A stretch of 64,000 bases of DNA from positions 6,565 to 70,564 of the IMG/VR virus record IMGVR_UViG_3300046557_000205; one strand, written 5' to 3'. The DNA comes from a virus. This document shows, piece by piece, positions 58,176-64,000 of this stretch (position 1 is its first letter; each line of letters opens with the position of its first letter). The translations under genes and the position numbers were made by a program. Below the pieces are notes generated by a model. The model searched no databases, was not told the DNA's origin, and saw nothing but the letters and a program-made list of their open reading frames with translations.

Positions 58176-58458
58176 CTTCCCGATCTCCCATCTGTGTTGG
58201 ATCATAAGGGCGTTCAGTCACAATCTTCACCATACCGTTGAATTGTGCATGACGATACTTACTCGTGTGGTTGTTATGTTGAGTACTATTATGCCAATGA
58301 CGACAAAGAAGAGGATAATGCTCGTCAGGATTAACAGCCTCAACTACCCATTTGTGTTCAGGACCAAAGCCATAGTGACCAGCAAGCTTAGGAGGATAAC
58401 AAATCTCATCCCCTACGGAATAATCATCTTCCCCAAGTATAGGTTCGGTCTGTCGCAT
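58165..58458 (-). CDS. tagged KOW/SH3-like protein 12
   Basis: YSVGDEI...YDPTQMGDREDDI. Confidence 0.85.
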   Translation of the reverse strand: MRQTEPILGEDDYSVGDEICYPPKLAGHYGFGPEHKWVVEAVNPDEHYPLLCRHWHNSTQHNNHTSKYRHAQFNGMVKIVTERPYDPTQMGDREDDI

Positions 58459-58825
58459 CGCACACCCTCATCCCTTGGAACCCTCTCCATGTCTTGGGGT
58501 TCCCTACATAGATATCAGCTTCATACGTCTCACCATCATCACCATGAATAGTCTTGGTGTGACGGAAGTACATACTACCACTGTCCTCTTCATTGCCTCT
58601 GTGACCCTCCAGGCCGTCAAGCCTCGTGAGGGTTTTTTTGTCTTCATCGGGGATTTTCCAGATTTCAACTGTGGCACTATCGCCCTCCGATGGAGCAGCG
58701 ACGGGGAAGCCTGAATTATAGAGCTTCAACCCACGAACAATACCCGTAGTGACAAATTCACAGTTAGCAAGGATGTAATTGTTACCATGTCCTCGCTTGA
58801 GTGTCCCATAGACTGAAACGTACAT
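58424..58825 (-). CDS. gamma-glutamylcyclotransferase (AIG2/GGACT-like)
   Basis: VYGTLKRG..N, VEIW, LDGLEG, YFR. Confidence 0.92.
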   Translation of the reverse strand: MYVSVYGTLKRGHGNNYILANCEFVTTGIVRGLKLYNSGFPVAAPSEGDSATVEIWKIPDEDKKTLTRLDGLEGHRGNEEDSGSMYFRHTKTIHGDDGETYEADIYVGNPKTWRGFQGMRVCDATDRTYTWGR

Positions 58826-59175
58826 TAACCAATACCTTCTATTAATTTAATCTTAACACCACTATGAATGTCATAATTAACAAATATTGTGGTGAGATAT
58901 ATATCTTCTTTGTTCATAGCCCGAGAGGTTCGGAATACTATATTACCAGTATTAGTAAGATAGACATACCTCATCTCTTCGTATTTAACAGGAACTTCCT
59001 TGTAGTCAGAGAACTCATTTTGTTTGAGTGCCATCTGAGATCCACCGGGAAATTCAACAACAGCAATGCGAGAGAAACCACCACGCCCTGATACTTCAGG
59101 AGATACATACTTACAGGTTACAGGAGTATTGTTTGGGTGGCCATACTTCAAATAGGTTTTTCCAATTTCCATCAT
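58825..59175 (-). CDS. hypothetical protein
   Basis: Coupled ORF. Confidence 0.65.
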   Translation of the reverse strand: MMEIGKTYLKYGHPNNTPVTCKYVSPEVSGRGGFSRIAVVEFPGGSQMALKQNEFSDYKEVPVKYEEMRYVYLTNTGNIVFRTSRAMNKEDIYLTTIFVNYDIHSGVKIKLIEGIG

Positions 59176-59387
59176 ACTCGCTTATCCCTATTGTATCCCC
59201 AAAGGAGAACGAAAAAACAAAATGCAATCCAGAGCACTACGATAAACCATAGTGTCATATCCAAAAGAAAACCATACCAAGTGACCTTGTCACCATTAGC
59301 ATAGCAGATACCAGTAGTGACCACAGCGATCACAAAACCGATACAAAAATACCACTCAGTTATTGTCATTTCACAACCTATAAGCAT
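59172..59387 (-). CDS. small membrane protein
   Basis: Two hydrophobic segments. Confidence 0.6.
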   Translation of the reverse strand: MLIGCEMTITEWYFCIGFVIAVVTTGICYANGDKVTWYGFLLDMTLWFIVVLWIAFCFFVLLWGYNRDKRV

Positions 59388-59795
59388 TCTTTAACTCATA
59401 GTCATCACGCGACTTGAGTGGGTTTTCGTTAAGTACAGTCTTACGCATATCTGGTGCGCTCTGGATACGATCAACTCTTGTCCACAGTGACCCACTTCTT
59501 GATCCGTGTTTCATTATGCATCCCCTCTGGATACGATTGAATTAAATGATGGGCTTATCCACCTCCGGAGCGCATGGAGCCTATCCTTAAGCGTTAACCT
59601 AAGAACCCCCTGCCATCTCTACCCATCTCCGGCTGCTGCCTGTTGTGGCTGGAATTTACTCTCCATTTAACACCCCTCAGGCCGCTGGAGGGCACCACAT
59701 TAACTAAAGGTGAATTAGTCCAAACACATGTGCACCAAGGAACGCAAGTCCTATAACAGCAAGTAATATCGCTACATCATTTGGACAATGCCAGT

Positions 59796-59984
59796 TCATG
59801 ATACACCTTTATCATGGTCATCAAGGATAACCACAAGAGCCGCATGAAACTCGTGTCTATCTAAGGCCTTGAACACCTTATTCCTGACTTGAATAGTCAC
59901 AAGCAAATCCTTCAGTCTAACTTCATTACCAATTTTGAAATCAAACTCATTCCGGACAGCTTCAATGAACTGTTCAGGTGTCAT
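59796..59984 (-). CDS. hypothetical protein
   Basis: GGAGG RBS, ATGA coupling. Confidence 0.65.
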   Translation of the reverse strand: MTPEQFIEAVRNEFDFKIGNEVRLKDLLVTIQVRNKVFKALDRHEFHAALVVILDDHDKGVS

Positions 59985-60388
59985 GGATAGTCCTCCGGTG
60001 GATTGTCATGAATGAATCGCTCTTCCTTACTGATACGCTCTCGTTCTTCCCTTGACCTCACAAGAAATGCATCGATCAACTCTTTGCACTCTTCTTTGGT
60101 CTGAAAATTATCAGTGAGGTAGTCACAACATTGGAGGTAATTGAAACGTTCACTCCAATCGCCACCAGTAAGATGTTTCCGACTCCCCATTGACCTATAG
60201 TCAACTTGAGCGTATGTCGTAACCCACTTACCACCAGCGACAATAGGATACTTATGCTTGAAGAACCAACCAGTTGTGCCATAGGTGACAACACTAGGCA
60301 TCAAAGCAAGGATTTTAAACTTACCGATACCCTCACAGATGATACGAAAGTGTTCAACATGCTTGTGTTCGTCTATCACTCTCGACAT
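59981..60388 (-). CDS. hypothetical protein ending DNPPEDYP
   Basis: Coupled ORF. Confidence 0.7.
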   Translation of the reverse strand: MSRVIDEHKHVEHFRIICEGIGKFKILALMPSVVTYGTTGWFFKHKYPIVAGGKWVTTYAQVDYRSMGSRKHLTGGDWSERFNYLQCCDYLTDNFQTKEECKELIDAFLVRSREERERISKEERFIHDNPPEDYP

Positions 60389-60618
60389 CAGAAATACTCC
60401 GGAGGGTTGTCAGCGAGAAGTTTGTCCTTGGTTCGATAACCATTTGCATACCTCTCAGCTACTTCAATAGCTGTTTGTTTCCACGCATAGTTACTGTAAT
60501 TAAACCAAGGGTCATTGATTTTGTCCCGATAATGTAAAGTCCAAGATACAATCCTACCACCAATGACATTAGGGGTCAGTTTCACATGAGCTGTGAACTC
60601 ATCAGGAGTATCCATCAC
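60388..60618 (-). CDS. hypothetical protein ending DNPPEYF
   Basis: Coupled ORF. Confidence 0.7.
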   Translation of the reverse strand: MMDTPDEFTAHVKLTPNVIGGRIVSWTLHYRDKINDPWFNYSNYAWKQTAIEVAERYANGYRTKDKLLADNPPEYF

Positions 60619-60995
60619 TTCAACTCCACACTTGGGATGAGGACAGAAGGCTTGATGATAACCTTGTAGTGATAGACAGAGACGTCTATAGGGTCCAACT
60701 GTTCAATGATATAGGATGTATTATCACCCATACCAATGAAGTCCTTCTTGAACTGTCCATGCTCATCCTTACAGGTAAGCGAAGGCAGACGAATAGGATC
60801 ATTGTTCCCCAAAGAGCAAAGACCCTCGACAGTCAACAACACATTGTCTGTAATGTCATTGATAACAGTGATCTTGCGCATGATCTTGAAGTTATCAGCC
60901 GCCGTTGACAGATTTGTGGATGCAACATCAGCATCATTACATGCTGAGAGAATGGCAAGCGATGCAAGTGCAGTGGTAATAATGAATTTCTTCAT
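60615..60995 (-). CDS. phage lipoprotein
   Basis: Lipobox LSAC; ADVASTNLSTAADNF..RKI.VIN.ITD pattern of a widespread phage family. Confidence 0.8.
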   Translation of the reverse strand: MKKFIITTALASLAILSACNDADVASTNLSTAADNFKIMRKITVINDITDNVLLTVEGLCSLGNNDPIRLPSLTCKDEHGQFKKDFIGMGDNTSYIIEQLDPIDVSVYHYKVIIKPSVLIPSVELK

Positions 60996-61684
60996 AGTGT
61001 TGGGCTCCAGCCTGGTACGTTCAATCGAACGAGTTGACGAATACTGTCCTGTTGGACAGGTAGACTTTCATGAAGGCAACACACATTGCCAGCATAGACT
61101 TGATTGGCCATCATCGGAAGATGAGCCAGAAGGGCAACGTCAATATGACTACAATCGCCACCTTCCTGCACAGGTCCGTGAAACTCTCCGGTATATCCGT
61201 GAGCTGCCGATAGAGATGATGCCAGAATGATGGCTTCGGGGTCTTCGAAAACAGCTTCACCCCACAATCCACCGGCATGGTGCCTTGGGAGAGATGTTCC
61301 TCCATGACGGCTTGGCGTAGATATCGGATGAGCCCTGTGTCCACCTGAGGGACCACGACTGCCGTTATGTCGACCACCTCCAGTGTGTCCAGATCCACCG
61401 TAATCAGTGCCGTGAGCCTGAATTGCCGGGTTCCAGTATCCATCAACATGAAGTCCCTTCCTTCTGTGTGTTCGTCCTGCCTTGATGGGACTTTCATCAA
61501 CCATCAGATAGATAGGTCCATCAACCTCAATACCTTCAAGCATAGCATCAACTACAGGCTGCCAGCGTTCATACCCACGGCTAAGACCAAACCGCTGATA
61601 GAAGGGCTGCATATAGATACGTTCCCCATTGTAATCAGGAAACTTGACAGTGCCATGCTCTTTGATAATCGACTGCAATTGCAT
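60992..61684 (-). CDS. putative 2OG-Fe(II) dioxygenase-like protein
   Basis: GLHVDG (HxD), LHES (distal His), RQLVR (Arg). Confidence 0.65.
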   Translation of the reverse strand: MQLQSIIKEHGTVKFPDYNGERIYMQPFYQRFGLSRGYERWQPVVDAMLEGIEVDGPIYLMVDESPIKAGRTHRRKGLHVDGYWNPAIQAHGTDYGGSGHTGGGRHNGSRGPSGGHRAHPISTPSRHGGTSLPRHHAGGLWGEAVFEDPEAIILASSLSAAHGYTGEFHGPVQEGGDCSHIDVALLAHLPMMANQVYAGNVCCLHESLPVQQDSIRQLVRLNVPGWSPTL

Positions 61685-61688
61685 TGGA

Positions 61689-61973
61689 TCAACCTTTATC
61701 CAATAGAGTGACTGTTTTCGTTACTACTTGCTCTATCTTGTACACAGGAACAAGCTTGTAGACAGTGTATTCAGGTGCAACACCACCAAACGCTCTCTCT
61801 TCACTCTTGAGATGAGATTTAGCGACTACTGAACTATCATTGACAGTCCAATTCTTATTGCCACTATCAGGTGGATTGAACTCCACTAGTGCAAATAACT
61901 CAAGATCATTGGCCTTAGCCATTCTCTTCCCCTTCTGCCGGTACTGCAACACACTCATGGCTATGGTTGCCAC
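61689..61973 (-). CDS. hypothetical protein
   Basis: Probable start MAKANDL after GGAG. Confidence 0.55.
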   Translation of the reverse strand: MATIAMSVLQYRQKGKRMAKANDLELFALVEFNPPDSGNKNWTVNDSSVVAKSHLKSEERAFGGVAPEYTVYKLVPVYKIEQVVTKTVTLLDKG

Positions 61974-62097
61974 CAGATTTATCCCAATGCTTACCTGCTA
62001 CTTCACAAGCTTGAATGGTGACGTACCGGCTTGGCATTACAACCATAGATGCACCAGTACCAGAAACGTACATAGTCAGTACAAGATACCAAAGCAT
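61915..62097 (-). CDS. small hypothetical protein
   Basis: Hydrophobic N-terminus, Cys pair; GGAG RBS. Confidence 0.55.
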   Translation of the reverse strand: MLWYLVLTMYVSGTGASMVVMPSRYVTIQACEVAGKHWDKSGGNHSHECVAVPAEGEENG

Positions 62098-62101
62098 TAC
62101 T

Positions 62102-62272
62102 TCAACTCCCTTTGCGTTTATAGATGGTTTTACCCTTGATCACTACGAGTGTAATTTCCTCATTAGGAAACTTCTTGCACCAATCACGATAGATATCGTA
62201 AGCCTCTACAAGTTTATCCCGTTCCTTAGTCTCACCATTTTGACGTTGAACAGAGTAATAGAGGACTGCCAT
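62102..62272 (-). CDS. 56-aa hypothetical protein (not in ORF track)
   Basis: MAVLYYSVQRQNG..., GGGAG RBS. Confidence 0.55.
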   Translation of the reverse strand: MAVLYYSVQRQNGETKERDKLVEAYDIYRDWCKKFPNEEITLVVIKGKTIYKRKGS

Positions 62273-62287
62273 AGATATCTCCCTTTC

Positions 62288-62750
62288 ACAGTTAACAAGA
62301 GACTACAGGTTTACTATTGTGCGATGTCGTTAAGGTATTCAGCCCTCACAACTAACCACAACAAGGCCTCACATAGATCCTGAACGACCATAGAGAGTAT
62401 CTAGCCTGTAGTCACTTGAATACTGCAATAGGAAAAGCCTCCACCCGTGGTCACCAATCCTACTTGATTGACAAAGAGTGAAGGCTTTCTGTAATGACAC
62501 TCGTTCGGATACGAGTTATTAGCCCTTGCGGGAACGGATATTAGAGCTTCATGTGGGCAAATCTCCCCTGTTGCCTGCTTCTCAAACCCGTAGGTTGCCA
62601 GTGTACAAGGCCCCTCTGGCAGGCACTAGTATGTTTCCGGGTGGACTTACATATCCCCTAGAGGATAACGCCTGTTCTAAGGTATCTATCTTTTACTTTA
62701 TCGCCGATTTCTTGTGAGCTTCTCTTATGTCAGCGGTAGCTCAACCGCCT
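62288..62750 (-). ncRNA. candidate structured non-coding RNA(s) or leader
   Basis: No credible ORF; multiple stems with minus-strand G-U pairs, cUACGg and cGCAAg tetraloops. Confidence 0.5.
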
Positions 62751-62806
62751 ATTGGGTTCGTCAGCACTATAACGCATTATGCATCTCCCTGAGGTTCGTG
62801 CGGTCC

Positions 62807-63052
62807 CTAGCGGCGGGACCTAGTTTGACGAGCAGCCCTATCAAAAAGCTTGCTCAACTCGTCAACATCAACAAGTTTGCCTTGCTCAATAGCATTGGCC
62901 ATTGTGTTGATATCGTTCTTGATTGCCAGCAACTCTTGTTCCGCCATAGCGACGTACTCCAAGGCGCTTGCAAGATTCATCAGGTCCGAATTGTTCTTAG
63001 CAATTTGAGCCTGTTTCTTCACATCTGCAAAAGACAATTTCTTATCTTGCAT
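62807..63052 (-). CDS. hypothetical coiled-coil protein
   Basis: GGGAG RBS. Confidence 0.7.
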   Translation of the reverse strand: MQDKKLSFADVKKQAQIAKNNSDLMNLASALEYVAMAEQELLAIKNDINTMANAIEQGKLVDVDELSKLFDRAARQTRSRR

Positions 63053-63276
63053 TTAGTCACTCCCTTTGTTTGTGTTGAAAGTTTATGGTGGATTAAGGCG
63101 GTCTGTTCCATATCCCTCTTTTAAGCAGGTGATTAGCCCACTCCACCATAGGTAGGATGATACGGTTTATCTATCCGTCCCTTACCAACTTCATAAACAC
63201 ATAGCACCTTGAAGGGGTTGCCAAACGGGATGCGTCCTAACTCAGTTAAGGTTAGATGACCGCTATGTGTATTAGG

Positions 63277-63531
63277 TCAAGCAACTTCAGCAACTAGTGT
63301 GGCCTCAACAAGCATGGCCTTAGCTGCTTCCGCTGCTTCCTTAATCAAGCGTTCGTTGTATTCGAATACAGACCGACGAAAGTCAGCGGCCTGCAACACC
63401 ATTGCACTGGTTTCTGTACGAACCTCTTTGATCGCTTCCGACACACTGTCAGCGTGCTTGAAGAGAGTGCAAAGAGGTGTGCCCGGCTTGCCCTTTACGG
63501 GCTTTATGATAACCAATTCAAAACGTGCCAT
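63277..63531 (-). CDS. hypothetical protein
   Basis: GGGGA RBS. Confidence 0.65.
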   Translation of the reverse strand: MARFELVIIKPVKGKPGTPLCTLFKHADSVSEAIKEVRTETSAMVLQAADFRRSVFEYNERLIKEAAEAAKAMLVEATLVAEVA

Positions 63532-63668
63532 TAGTCCGTATTCCCCAGTTGTTCAGTCTAAGATTGAAAGAAAAAGGCATGAACACTTAAGCCCACGCCT
63601 ACCCAGATTGCTGCACTAACTACCACGACACCCAATCGTGCTATTCGTCGACTCATAACAATCCTTTC

Positions 63669-63950
63669 TCATACGTTAATAGTACCAAACATCCTCGCAA
63701 CGTTTGACAATCCCCCATGACGCTCTATTACAGCGTTCACGATTTCAGTAGGCGTATAGGGGCAAATGCTGCCATCGCTATACTCTTCTAGCAGGCTTTC
63801 AAACCCATAGGGCTTAACTTCCCACATTGAATAGTTTCCATCATGTAAACACAAGCGCGGCCAACAATAAGCGGCCATGCTAGCCTGTACTGACATAGTA
63901 AACCCATCGCGACACACAACATGGTCGCACGAGTGCCAAAAGCCCTTCAT
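63669..63950 (-). CDS. hypothetical early protein
   Basis: C.DGFTMSVQAS...YC.PR...VIERHGG pattern. Confidence 0.65.
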   Translation of the reverse strand: MKGFWHSCDHVVCRDGFTMSVQASMAAYCWPRLCLHDGNYSMWEVKPYGFESLLEEYSDGSICPYTPTEIVNAVIERHGGLSNVARMFGTINV

Positions 63951-64000
63951 AACAACCTGATGATGAGTTGCATAAAAGTGCTTGATATGGTTGTAAGGGA

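Larger units (their letters stand above)
43635..58206 (-). repeat. 12 dispersed 42-bp coding repeats (YDPxQxGDxxDDI-stop)
   Basis: Copies begin (+ coordinates, each 42 bp) at 43635, 43912, 44147, 44400, 44653, 46745, 47789, 50475, 50743, 52280, 57773, 58165. Confidence 0.97.

Noticed and set aside
43635-58206. Diversity-generating retroelement
   Set aside because: No reverse transcriptase in the window; differences between repeats are mostly third-position, not adenine-specific.
59400-64000. tRNA genes in the non-coding gaps
   Set aside because: No cloverleaf with a convincing T-loop and acceptor stem seen by eye; tRNAscan was not run.

Overview
The window is most of a lytic podovirus-like phage genome with a Zobellviridae/phiEco32-like gene set; the family assignment is inference. 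Two arms converge on a bidirectional terminator at about 28.55 kb. The + arm (1-28.5 kb) carries the terminase 3' end, portal, scaffold, major capsid, fibres, tail, lysis cassette and ejection proteins. The - arm (28.7-64 kb) carries early genes, a peptide-ligase cluster (2 COOH-NH2 ligases, an amidoligase, an ATP-grasp ligase, 3 glutamine amidotransferase-type proteins, 2 gamma-glutamylcyclotransferase-type proteins), then primase-helicase, PolA, SSB, nucleases, ThyX and a class II RNR. The main observation is a family of 12 small, otherwise divergent proteins interleaved with and flanking the ligase genes. Each starts with a KOW/SH3-like [FY]xxGDx[VIL] motif and ends in the same 13-aa C-terminal peptide, YDP[TKS]Q[MQ]GD[RLQ][DE]DDI-stop, conserved through mostly synonymous codon variation. 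This is a candidate undescribed phage protein-tagging or conjugation system. Other observations: probable AUA start codons on three replication genes, a shared two-internal-loop RNA leader before scaffold and capsid, a roughly 500-nt structured non-coding region, and a perfect antisense sigma70 promoter. All product calls come from motif recognition by eye; no database searches were run.
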